Shown in pieces: positions 12,401 through 19,898 of a DNA stretch of 64,000 bases; positions within the stretch are counted from its first letter, which is position 1, and the number at the start of each line of letters is the position of its first letter. The stretch lies in IMG/VR virus record IMGVR_UViG_3300020276_000001, positions 39,993 through 103,992 of that record; one strand, written 5' to 3'. Below the pieces are notes generated by a model, which worked only from the letters and a program-made list of their open reading frames with translations, made no database searches and was not told the DNA's origin. The position numbers and the translations under genes were made by a program. Source of the stretch: a virus. Lineage: Duplodnaviria > Caudoviricetes.

Positions 12401-12777
12401 TTGAACAGGCAACTGGTATTGCTACCCTAAATGCTGATGCATTTAGTATTTCAGGATTACAAGAACTACAGCTTGGTAGCGTTGCACTTGGTGGTACGGG
12501 TGCTACAATTAACGAGTTTAGTACAGACGGTACATTTACAGCAAATAGTGACAGCATTGTCCCAACACAGAAGGCAATTAAGACATATATTACCTCCCAA
12601 ATTGGTGGTGGTGCTTCAGAATTGAACGTAAATACAGTCACAGCAGGTGTAGTACATATTAGCGGAAACACAATCACAACAACGACTGCGGTTCCGATAA
12701 ATATAACTGCAACTATGAACTTTACTGGTGGTATAAGTGGATCACCGGTAGCGATGCAACAATTTATATTGAGTTAA
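6463..12777 (+). CDS. giant virion protein, paralog of 1108-6429, with three phycobiliprotein-like helical domains
   Basis: Same N-terminal repeats, beta-helix and C-terminus as 1108-6429. Extra helical inserts contain KCQRDIG, KCRDDLK and KCERDTG. Confidence 0.75.
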   Translation: MAEFKLGRIRFVWKGAWAAATSYYKDDIIRHGGRTYYCAVGHTASTLFTTDEATKWNLFADGQSWQGDWVAGTYYKQNDIVKYGGYLYVANTAHTAEADGGSAGKLETDQAKWDLFAEGFDWKNIWTVATQYKVNDLVKYGGTVYLCTTAHTSSATFASDADGLEADQAKWDVFSKGIDWKTDWTVATKYRVNDTVRYGGQLYICNEGHLSSATVSLGLEADQSKWDYAHKGIEYKSVHATATRYKVNDVVKYGGGLWIATREHTSGGTNLADDNAVTGVAATVNSISAADATRTAGTYKDVGGSSGGSGTGQRFTIVIDGSGAASVTITNGGSGHSASDTITVTPGFIGGTGASLTFNIATVTQTTNWSQFVPGLEFEDSWASTTSYQPGDFVTYGGYSYIAKTNHTNVVPYNNAATWDLFTTGFSLKGDYANATAAVNGTTSNSTALVVDGNVGTIVQGMVVTGTGVSGVVTVTTVTDQNNLVLSSAQSLTNDVALSFNTAYKTGDVVRVGGYTYLAIADTTGNRPPNASYWEKLNEGINWKNTWTNGTYYDVGDAVRGINNVNSYICVTAHTADQVSAQNRPDQDVDGSEWKLISGGAESGNLTTAGDLVYYGGSGPTRLPIGIAGQVLKVNDAGNAPEWSYFGQVDQVYYVGKGGGDYAAPGYGVTIDKPWKTIRHGLREIKMGPRNPIVADILIRNKQFIQVEAGKEYPAYQIANAGGSGIWNGFSFDNAKCQRDIGLITDAIIWDLKHGGNERSREMAQSYFSTAGASYVSGQEANTVEVINYANTMMQRIVQNLTVTTNYQALNSASNVVTQYTSALTPESGVTTHITTLIGIITEVITAGNLTGLDAKIKPNTTLFVKTGQYTEVLPLIVPADCAVVGDELRSTDIGLYATGTTLANDATLTMASLTRLKAIMSDLILNNAITKTPAGAMVKVDTFGAADASRTAGTYTGVAGASAGSGTVGTFNVTVDASTGNVSNVDIITGGSGHAVNDTITIQDSALGGGGAANFTFDVAEIATGNTQTQNTNHPVGDATAVTSTTNLIDDISNKINYGVNGAGSDVTVTGQTTTNARAGDVYARGRIYANLDFLLYEGQEYIKANNTKMYMEKEATYGSTHDAKCRDDLKRYIDAILWDLENYGNYMSVLAARYLINAINGSTTEDMFYMENGTGLRNCTVRGLTGTLGSANSYGTKRPTAGAFVSLNPSWGPADTRAWISTRSPYVQNVTTFGTKCIGMKVDGDIHAGGNDSIVANDFTQILDQGIGAWVTNLGRAELVSVFSYYGHIGYLSENGGKIRGTNGNSSYGDFGCVAEGVDLTETPIEAFVDNRSFDALIGATITDNNNIIALEYQNAGRDYNVSTTAFSLSGDGYGVTGLTPVINTGGLMEVRMTGDSTTFGGADYKFATNTPQAGTATQITLSNTDTALSAAYVGMAVFITGGKGAGQYGYIDTYNAGTKVATIKKYSDNTAGWNQIVSGRAIESALDNTTVYSVEPRVNVTAPQNDGSTAVETALCRAKVADGKISEVRIIHPGKSYTAAPTVTFTDPNNTADAPLETFIGDGVLAQPSFTSRGTGFTTLSATVTDAGTVKDITGVSYTANPYAKVLLTANKEYIKDETVAWINSQVTNNPTSTTWGGFIYDQVKCERDTGLIIDAMLHDLEFGGTRETIKAAKAYWIGTQSQVLGQQTQTVLSLLQTKVIINDYVMDNTSYSSLQSVTSQTTNSNNGEAAAQTKVAELFDIITEVINNGLGAVPTNGGTGVVNITVATHNILERTKIRITEVGGTTTLNSNEYYVKVVDANTLQLYIDKDLLFPAVLTTGSAYSSGGKVTFGAGYRDAKQSGKYVQVEGMLSVPQAGANVVFSSLPSKFFKLVSVTNLTGSGPYAALLQVSPDVAIDESPVHGDKVEMRIRYSQVRLTGHDFLDIGTGGFTTTNYPGTPTIPSDQNDEAVVGGGGRVFFTSTDQDGNFRVGGLFNVEQATGIATLNADAFSISGLQELQLGSVALGGTGATINEFSTDGTFTANSDSIVPTQKAIKTYITSQIGGGASELNVNTVTAGVVHISGNTITTTTAVPINITATMNFTGGISGSPVAMQQFILS

Positions 12778-12789
12778 AGGAGAAACAAT

Positions 12790-13110
12790 ATGGCCACAGG
12801 AAGACTAGGACACGCAGATTTGGCGGCGGCTACGAATACTTCTCTTTACACAGTACCAGCTAACAATTTCGCGATTGCTACTGTATCTGTATGTAACAGA
12901 GGTAACGCGGCTGTGTCAATTAGATTAGCGGTCGCAAGTGCTGGGTCACCAGCAAATAGCGAATACATCGAATATGACGTAGAGCTTTTACCCAAAGGGG
13001 TATTAGAAAGATCAGGAATTGCAATGGCGGCAGGGCAAATTCTGGTAGTATATAGTAGTGCCGCGAACGTAAGTGCAGTAGCGATGGGCATTGAAACATC
13101 AACTGCATAA
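12790..13110 (+). CDS. small virion-associated protein
   Basis: 106 aa, AGGAG RBS, related to 378-707. Confidence 0.6.
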   Translation: MATGRLGHADLAAATNTSLYTVPANNFAIATVSVCNRGNAAVSIRLAVASAGSPANSEYIEYDVELLPKGVLERSGIAMAAGQILVVYSSAANVSAVAMGIETSTA

Positions 13111-13111
13111 T

Positions 13112-13119
13112 GATAAATA
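13112..13119 (+). promoter_or_regulatory. T4-type late promoter (GATAAATA)
   Basis: Intergenic, upstream of 13137. Confidence 0.65.
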
Positions 13120-13136
13120 CATAAAAGGAAGATAAA

Positions 13137-13469
13137 ATGGGAAGATATATATCAACAACTGGAACTGCAAGTAGTGTTATTCGTAACGTTTCTACTACTT
13201 TTTCCGCTACAGTTAATGATCGTATTCTTGCTAACTCATCAGGTGGAACGTTTACAATAACTCTTCCACTAAACAGCACTTTGCTTGTTAATGATGTAGT
13301 CCAAATCGTAGATGTAACAGGTTCGTTTAATACAAATAACGTAACACTGGGCAGAAATGGTAGCAAAATACAGAATTTGACAGAGGATTTGGTGCTAGAC
13401 ATTAACAATATTGCTGTAACAATGATTTATACTGGTTCAACTTACGGTTGGATCATTTCAGGAACGTAA
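13137..13469 (+). CDS. baseplate/tail-fibre connector-like protein (T4 gp9/gp10/gp34-type domain)
   Basis: TITLP...D.V.IVD..GSF.TNNVT..RNG.KI...EDL.LD....T.IY....GW pattern common in T4-like fibre and baseplate proteins. Confidence 0.6.
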   Translation: MGRYISTTGTASSVIRNVSTTFSATVNDRILANSSGGTFTITLPLNSTLLVNDVVQIVDVTGSFNTNNVTLGRNGSKIQNLTEDLVLDINNIAVTMIYTGSTYGWIISGT

Positions 13470-13484
13470 GAGAGGAAACAAATT

Positions 13485-14225
13485 ATGGCAAACCTCAGAG
13501 TTTTGATGGGAGATCAGGTAGAAGGTGCTTCAGTACCTACAAAGTATTTCTATGTTTATAATAACAATAGAGGTATTAACAACGGTGGATGCTGTTGTAA
13601 CTGGACAGTACCGGCTAACATTAAAAACGTAACATTTGAATTATGGGGAGCAGGCGCGGCAGGAGCCGGGTCATGTTGCTGTATGTGGTCATCACAGAAT
13701 GCGGGAGGCGGATCCTATGCAATTAGATCACACTCAGTGGTCGCTGGATGTACTTTTACGATTTGTGCGGCAGGTAACGGAAACTGTTGCGAAAGAGATT
13801 GTTTGGGATACGATGGATCAACTAGTTTTGTAACTGGTTCAGGTATTTCAACAACGTGTGCTAGAGGTGGATGTACAGGAAGAACAAACTGTCATGCTCA
13901 CTATGCCTACAACTGTTGCTTTGGTTGTTCTTGTATTGCAGGAGGAACACAAGGTGACTTTAGATTAGGACACTCTAGAAACCAACCACTACAAACTCAC
14001 TATTGTCACAACCAAATGTGGGATTATGTTAGTGGGCCACCAAAAGGTGGTATGACAAGACACGGCAAGGATTACTGCGGTAAGCCAATGACGTGTTCGG
14101 GTTGTGGATGGGGATGTGCCCAACCATATCCAGGAGATGCAGGATTCAACGGAACATCATGTGGTGGACCGTGTTGTTGGGGTCACTGGGGATCCGGAGG
14201 AATGGTCAAGGTATCATACAGTTAA
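13485..14225 (+). CDS. Cys/Gly-rich tail-fibre tip/adhesin-like protein 1
   Basis: WTVP...FELWGAGAAG...GGGSY and C-terminal G.GG.V.V.Y glycine-rich domain. 26 Cys in 246 aa. Followed by a chaperone gene. Confidence 0.6.
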   Translation: MANLRVLMGDQVEGASVPTKYFYVYNNNRGINNGGCCCNWTVPANIKNVTFELWGAGAAGAGSCCCMWSSQNAGGGSYAIRSHSVVAGCTFTICAAGNGNCCERDCLGYDGSTSFVTGSGISTTCARGGCTGRTNCHAHYAYNCCFGCSCIAGGTQGDFRLGHSRNQPLQTHYCHNQMWDYVSGPPKGGMTRHGKDYCGKPMTCSGCGWGCAQPYPGDAGFNGTSCGGPCCWGHWGSGGMVKVSYS

Positions 14226-14260
14226 GAAACATATGACTAAATACAAAGGAAGAGAATAAA

Positions 14261-14956
14261 ATGGCAACAGAAATTACAAAAACATTTACATATGATATCC
14301 CCGACGAGTATTTGGCTCAAACAAACTCGAACGGAGATACCGCTACAGCTACATATACAGGACCGGACAAATTGTACGTGTTCGTAGATGAAGCTACAAA
14401 CAAGAATACAGAAGCTCAGCAACCACCTGATGAAGATTTTCATTACAATCCAAGTACAGACACAGCACCAGATGGTGAACGTGTTGTTACTTTAGATTGT
14501 GCGGGTGCTGATACTTTAATGTGTGCTATATTTTTACCACACACAATAACTTTAACACAATCACAGGTTACAGTTGCACTACCAGAAGGTTATGGAAACT
14601 ATCAAAATCCGTGGCCACCATATCCAGATCACGCATATGAAAGAACACTTTCAGTACATGACGAAGCATCAGGAAATTGGACATTGACTTGGAAGCAACC
14701 TTGGCAAACTTGGGCAACATTAATTCAGTTAAGAAATGATAGATTAGATGCTACTGATTCAAAAGTATCTTCAGATAGCCCAGATGCAATTAAAAATCCT
14801 TGGATTGAGTTTAGACAAAAATTAAGAGACCTTCCTGTAACATGGAAAAAAGGTGAATCAGATGAATATGCTCCACACATGGTTAAGTTTCCAGAAGAAC
14901 CAGTTGTTGGAGGATTTGCTGAACCACCCGCTGACGATGGCGTAGGAATAGGATAA
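14261..14956 (+). CDS. tail fibre assembly chaperone-like protein
   Basis: LRNDRLDATD...DSP.....W.EFRQKLRDLP motif of phage tail-assembly chaperones. Confidence 0.7.
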   Translation: MATEITKTFTYDIPDEYLAQTNSNGDTATATYTGPDKLYVFVDEATNKNTEAQQPPDEDFHYNPSTDTAPDGERVVTLDCAGADTLMCAIFLPHTITLTQSQVTVALPEGYGNYQNPWPPYPDHAYERTLSVHDEASGNWTLTWKQPWQTWATLIQLRNDRLDATDSKVSSDSPDAIKNPWIEFRQKLRDLPVTWKKGESDEYAPHMVKFPEEPVVGGFAEPPADDGVGIG

Positions 14957-14970
14957 TAGGAGAGTAGTTA

Positions 14971-15741
14971 ATGTCTGCATTAAGAACTTTACTTCAATTA
15001 GGCGGAAACGAAACCGCATTAACGTTGCGTACTATCTATGTGTATCATACATCAATGGATACTACACGTAACAGTAACCCAGGTTGCTGTTGTTTATGGA
15101 CTGCTAGTGCAGACGTTAAATGGGCCGCATTTGAAACATGGGGTGCAGGTGGAGACGGTGGCGGAGGCTGTTGTTGTATGGCAGGTTTCCCAGGAGGCTC
15201 AGGTTCCTATGGAAGAAAAATTGGAGAAATTACACCAGGTGCGGCATTTACCCTTTGTGCAGGGTCGGCAGGTTGCTGTCGTCCAGTAATGGGTTGTCCA
15301 GGTTGTGGTAGTTATGCTTGTTCGGCAACAGGATGTTGTGACGGAAGTTATTTCTGTTTATGTTCATCAGGTGGCGGATATGGTTGTGCTACTTGTGGAT
15401 TTGGAACTGCATGGGGTGGACATTGTGGATGTCCTAACTACGTATGTGGTTGTGTAAAAGGAGCAGATTTTAGTATTTGTGGTTTCAACGGTGGTGGAGC
15501 AGGAACATCTATGTGTTCTAGTTCATCATGGGAGAACATGACATCAGCACCATACGGTGGACAAAGTGCTAGAATGTCAAGAGATAATTGTTATAAAACA
15601 CACGGTCGTGATAGTGATGGACCAGCTGACTTCCCAGGAGGAGGTGGTGGTACACTACACACTCACAACGGTACTTGTTACTGTGGTGGACCGGGAGCGG
15701 GCGGATTAGTAGTTGTTTACTATCAATCCGACGTAGGATAA
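14971..15741 (+). CDS. Cys/Gly-rich tail-fibre tip/adhesin-like protein 2
   Basis: Paralog of 13485. GCCC twice, FETWGAGG. 27 Cys in 256 aa. Confidence 0.6.
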   Translation: MSALRTLLQLGGNETALTLRTIYVYHTSMDTTRNSNPGCCCLWTASADVKWAAFETWGAGGDGGGGCCCMAGFPGGSGSYGRKIGEITPGAAFTLCAGSAGCCRPVMGCPGCGSYACSATGCCDGSYFCLCSSGGGYGCATCGFGTAWGGHCGCPNYVCGCVKGADFSICGFNGGGAGTSMCSSSSWENMTSAPYGGQSARMSRDNCYKTHGRDSDGPADFPGGGGGTLHTHNGTCYCGGPGAGGLVVVYYQSDVG

Positions 15742-15755
15742 GAGGAGTATAAAAT

Positions 15756-16556
15756 ATGTCAAGTTTAAGATCTTTTGTACCAGGTTACGATACGGGTGTT
15801 AAGGCTCCTCAAGCATTTACAGTAAGTTATGCTTGGAGTTATGATCATAACGAAGCGTGGCCAAGACAAGCTAGAGGCGTTCCACCAACATCAAGATTTT
15901 GTTGTAACAACAACGGCGGTAAATGTTGTTTATTTACAGTTCCGTCAGGATCTAGTTTTGCAGTATTTGAAATGTGGGGCGGCGGTGCTTCAGGAACTGG
16001 AGGATGTTGCTGTATGCAGGGTTATCCAGGAGATGGTGGCTCTTACGCAATTAAATCAACAACAGTAGCGGCAGGTGATACTTTCACAATTTGTGCAGGT
16101 AGATCAGGTTGCTGTTTATACGCAGGTAATAACTATGCAGGACATAACAGTTTTGTTATGGGAACTCCATCAGGACAATCATGTTTCTGTGCAGTAGCTT
16201 GTGGTGGATACTGTTCTAACTGTACTCACTGTCATGGTTACTTTGGATGTTATGGTTGTTGCATGAGTTGTTACAACTGTCAATCACAACCAAATAACGT
16301 TGACTTTGGTATAGCAAGTTACACAGGATCTTCACAAAGATCACAGCATTGTGGAGACAGAGGATTACAATTTACACCGGTTGCGCCAATGGCACAATCA
16401 GGACCAAGAATAGGACCAAACGGTTGTTGTACACGTGGAGGTGATCAATTTGGATCATGGCCAGGTGGAGGTGGAGTACACGGATCACCATACGGTGGTG
16501 GATGTTGTTGTGGATCACCAGGCGCCGAAGGTGCTGTTTATGTGGTATACTACTAG
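15756..16556 (+). CDS. Cys/Gly-rich tail-fibre tip/adhesin-like protein 3
   Basis: Paralog with FEMWGGG...GCCCM. 27 Cys in 266 aa. Confidence 0.6.
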   Translation: MSSLRSFVPGYDTGVKAPQAFTVSYAWSYDHNEAWPRQARGVPPTSRFCCNNNGGKCCLFTVPSGSSFAVFEMWGGGASGTGGCCCMQGYPGDGGSYAIKSTTVAAGDTFTICAGRSGCCLYAGNNYAGHNSFVMGTPSGQSCFCAVACGGYCSNCTHCHGYFGCYGCCMSCYNCQSQPNNVDFGIASYTGSSQRSQHCGDRGLQFTPVAPMAQSGPRIGPNGCCTRGGDQFGSWPGGGGVHGSPYGGGCCCGSPGAEGAVYVVYY

Positions 16557-16565
16557 GATATAATT

Positions 16566-18026
16566 ATGGGACACGGATTAGACGCACAAAACAGAAATAA
16601 CGAAGTTGAAGTTCAGTTTTCATATGATATGCCAGACGCATATTTGTATCAAACTACAACTGAAGGTAAAGTAGGTACTTGGACTTATAAAGGCCCTAGA
16701 GAAATGTGGGTGTTTATGAGAAAAGTAGACAACAAACGTTCAGGTGAAGTTAGATATGGATACGAAATTGAAAATGACTTTGTACCAGCGGCTCACGAGT
16801 ATATGGTTAAAGTTAACTGTGAAGAAAATCCTTTGCTTTGCGAACTAATGGAAGTACACCAAGATACTTTAATGTTAGAAGGTAGAGAACACATAACAGA
16901 AACGTTACCACAAAAAGATATTAACGGTAATTACTTTAAGCACATTGAGCCTAAAGTTCCTACTCCAGATCATACATATGACAGAGATGAAATTACTTAT
17001 GATCCAATTAAAAAAGAATGGAACACACCATATCCTTTCTTAAAGCCACACGTAGGTTGGGATGAAATTAAACGTACAAGATGGTCACAACTTTCTTGGT
17101 CAGATTCACACGTATCAGATGATATGCCAGAATCTTTAGCAAATAAATGGAAACAGTTTAGACAAGAATTAAGAGATTTACCAGAACTTTATGGTGCTTG
17201 TTGGACACCTACTATTACAGCAGGTGGAACAGGTTATTCAGTAGGCGACCACTTATTAGTTGATGCTACTGTATTAGGTTATAGTGCAGATCAAATTGGT
17301 ACAATGGATGATTTATCAGCACCAATGGGACAAAGACCAGGTTTTGATTTTGAAGCAGATCCAAATGATGGAGAAGCATGGAAACCAGATGCAACAGCTG
17401 ACGCAGTAAACGGATCATTAGACGTAAACATTATTGTTACAAGCATTGGACAAGACGGTGCTATTACAGGTGTAAGAACACGTAACGCCTTTAACGCCAG
17501 ACACATGAAAGAAGCTAAAGTAATTAATAATGTAGCTTATACTATTGTTAAAACAGGTGACAGTTCTACAACAGGAACTGGTGCTACTTTTAAATTAGAA
17601 AAGAAAGCACGTATTGAACCTTGGAAAGTTAGACTTCCACAATCACCAAAAGCATTACAACCAGGTATTTGGGGCGAAAACGATCAGTTCCCAGGACAAA
17701 CAGGACGTTATGGTGCGGCTGTAAACGGTATGGACGCAACATCTACACTAGGTGATAACGTTCCAGATGGTACAGCAGAAGCAAACAGAGATAATCCTAA
17801 CGATGGTTGGTTGATGGAACACACATATCACCCTGCAACAGGACACTTTATTCCACCAGAAATGGACGGAAACTATTTTGGTACAGATCTAAACAGATTA
17901 GGTTTAAGCACAGACGGTACTCCATTTGATGATGGAGCGGCAGATGGGCTACCTGCGGCGCCTACAGACGCTAAAGGCAAGACTAGAATAGCTGGTACTA
18001 TTACAGCCAGAAAACAAACTTCCTAA
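16566..18026 (+). CDS. tail fibre assembly chaperone-like protein with inserted module and C-terminal extension
   Basis: N-half homologous to 14261 (F.YD.PD.YL.QT...TY.GP; PDH.Y; W.QFRQELRDLP). Confidence 0.65.
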   Translation: MGHGLDAQNRNNEVEVQFSYDMPDAYLYQTTTEGKVGTWTYKGPREMWVFMRKVDNKRSGEVRYGYEIENDFVPAAHEYMVKVNCEENPLLCELMEVHQDTLMLEGREHITETLPQKDINGNYFKHIEPKVPTPDHTYDRDEITYDPIKKEWNTPYPFLKPHVGWDEIKRTRWSQLSWSDSHVSDDMPESLANKWKQFRQELRDLPELYGACWTPTITAGGTGYSVGDHLLVDATVLGYSADQIGTMDDLSAPMGQRPGFDFEADPNDGEAWKPDATADAVNGSLDVNIIVTSIGQDGAITGVRTRNAFNARHMKEAKVINNVAYTIVKTGDSSTTGTGATFKLEKKARIEPWKVRLPQSPKALQPGIWGENDQFPGQTGRYGAAVNGMDATSTLGDNVPDGTAEANRDNPNDGWLMEHTYHPATGHFIPPEMDGNYFGTDLNRLGLSTDGTPFDDGAADGLPAAPTDAKGKTRIAGTITARKQTS

Positions 18027-18071
18027 TATAATTCCTTTTAAATAACTGCATAGTGCTATTAAGATGTAGCA

Positions 18072-18079
18072 CATAATTA
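18072..18079 (+). promoter_or_regulatory. possible late promoter variant (CATAATTA)
   Basis: Same octamer lies upstream of the NUDIX gene on the - strand. Intergenic. Confidence 0.4.
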
Positions 18080-18102
18080 CGCACAGATTAAAAGGATGAT
18101 AA

Positions 18103-19080
18103 ATGTCAACAGATAAAAGAAACTCAGCTATTTTTATTAATGGCGGTGCCGGACGAGTAATAGCATCTATCCCTGCTCTAGAAAAATTTCAAGAAGAAAA
18201 TCCAGATGACGATTTTGTAATTGTTTGCGAAGGTGGAACTGATTTCTTTAAAGGACATAAATCCTTATATGCTAGAGTATATGATCACTGGCATAAAGGT
18301 TTATTTCAAGATAAACTAAAAGAACGTGAACTAATTACACCTGAACCATATAGGGTTTGGGAATACTATAATCAGAAATGTTCTATTGCACAGGCATACG
18401 ATATTGCTATTAACAACAAAGGACTAAGAACACTACAAAAGCCTAGGATTACATTAAACAAAGAAGAAATGATCTTTGGTAAAAAACTTGTAGATGAAGT
18501 TAAAGAAAAAACTAAAAAAGATAAGGTAGTAGTATTTCAACCATTTGGTAGAACAACACAACACGAAAACGGTATGATTTCAGATTACAGTGGTAGAAGT
18601 TTTGAAGCTGAAAATTCAGTTAATATTGTTAAAAAACTTTCTAAAAAATATGGCGTAATTCATATGGCAGAGTTTGGCATTGACTTTGCTAAACATGGAA
18701 TAAAAGATGCAGTAGCAAGTCCTATGGGAGCAGACTTAAGACATTGGTGCGGTATTATTTCAAATGCAGATTACTTTTTAGGCTGTGACAGTTCAGGACA
18801 ACATATGGTCCATGCATTAGATAAAAAATGTACAGTAGTTATTGGATCAACTTTTCCTATTAATGTTTCTTATCCAGACGATGAAAACTTTGACATCTTA
18901 GATATGGGTGAAGGTGCAAGAACTTACTCACCTATCAGGGTTACAACTGATGAATATGCTGATAGAACCAACGATGGTGTTATGGCAATGAATGATAAAG
19001 TTGAAACAATTATCATTGAGTCAGTTACTAACGGACTAACTGGAAAAGAAAGAATAGGTCACAAGTATAAAGAAGATTAA
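18103..19080 (+). CDS. GT9-like (ADP-heptose heptosyltransferase family) glycosyltransferase
   Basis: N-terminal GGAGRVIASIPAL and C-terminal ADYFLGCDSSGQHMVHAL...VVIGST.P, matching the GT9 DSG.MH.A.A...V..FG.T.P signature. Confidence 0.7.
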   Translation: MSTDKRNSAIFINGGAGRVIASIPALEKFQEENPDDDFVIVCEGGTDFFKGHKSLYARVYDHWHKGLFQDKLKERELITPEPYRVWEYYNQKCSIAQAYDIAINNKGLRTLQKPRITLNKEEMIFGKKLVDEVKEKTKKDKVVVFQPFGRTTQHENGMISDYSGRSFEAENSVNIVKKLSKKYGVIHMAEFGIDFAKHGIKDAVASPMGADLRHWCGIISNADYFLGCDSSGQHMVHALDKKCTVVIGSTFPINVSYPDDENFDILDMGEGARTYSPIRVTTDEYADRTNDGVMAMNDKVETIIIESVTNGLTGKERIGHKYKED

Positions 19081-19898
19081 TGTCTAGGCTGTTTACATTT
19101 GGCTGTTCATACACTTCTTGGAACTGGCCTACATGGGCAGACTTACTAGGCTTAGACTTTGAAGAACATCAAAACTGGGGTCATGCTGGTTTAGGAAATC
19201 GTGCAATAGCTGAACGTGTTTCCGAATGTAACATAAAAAATAAGTTTACATCTACAGACAAAGTAATAGTACAATGGTCAAGTCATTTAAGATATGATTG
19301 GCTTAACTTTAATCATGATGAACCTTGGCAAACAAAAGGTAGTATATTCAGTTACCAGAATGAAAAAGTTTTTGATAAGAAATGGATAGAAACTTTTTAT
19401 GATGAAAAGGCTTTATTTTTACACACATTACATAACATAGAATTAACAAAAGGATTGTTAGAATCAACAGGTTGTGAATTTCATTTTACAAGCATAAGTG
19501 ATATTAATACACTAGGTACTGATATTCCACATCAAAAAGGACATGGAGAAAATTTAAGAAATACTCCACAACTTGCAAATGCTTTTGAAGAATATAGTTT
19601 ACAAGATTACAAGCATATACTTAAAGGAGATCATTGGTTAGAACCATTAGGTATTCATGCTTGGAATAGACCAGATTTAAGTTGGTGGTTTGAAGAAGAT
19701 AATGGAGATAAGTGGTTAGAACTACATCCTAGTCCAGAACAACATTTAAGTTGGGTACATCAATACAATCAGAACCTAACTGTTGAACAAGAAAATTTGA
19801 TAGATACTACTAACAATGCAAAGACTAATGATTATAAAGAAACTATTGCAAACATTACTAAAACAGTAAATTGGAATAGAGATTATAGAGGATTTTAA
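19080..19898 (+). CDS. SGNH-like hydrolase/acyltransferase family protein
   Basis: FGCSYT block I, N.G..G.GN block II, HPS..QH near the C-terminus. Confidence 0.55.
   Translation: MSRLFTFGCSYTSWNWPTWADLLGLDFEEHQNWGHAGLGNRAIAERVSECNIKNKFTSTDKVIVQWSSHLRYDWLNFNHDEPWQTKGSIFSYQNEKVFDKKWIETFYDEKALFLHTLHNIELTKGLLESTGCEFHFTSISDINTLGTDIPHQKGHGENLRNTPQLANAFEEYSLQDYKHILKGDHWLEPLGIHAWNRPDLSWWFEEDNGDKWLELHPSPEQHLSWVHQYNQNLTVEQENLIDTTNNAKTNDYKETIANITKTVNWNRDYRGF

Noticed and set aside
16220-16240. CxxCH (CTHCH) heme c motif in Cys-rich protein 3
   Set aside because: Single occurrence in a 10%-Cys protein, absent from the paralogs, and no export signal for cytochrome c maturation. Likely chance.
13485-16556. 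Diversity-generating retroelement or RiPP precursors explaining the Cys-rich paralogs
   Set aside because: No reverse transcriptase, no near-identical TR/VR pair differing at adenines, and no leader/core architecture or radical SAM/LanM enzyme in the window.
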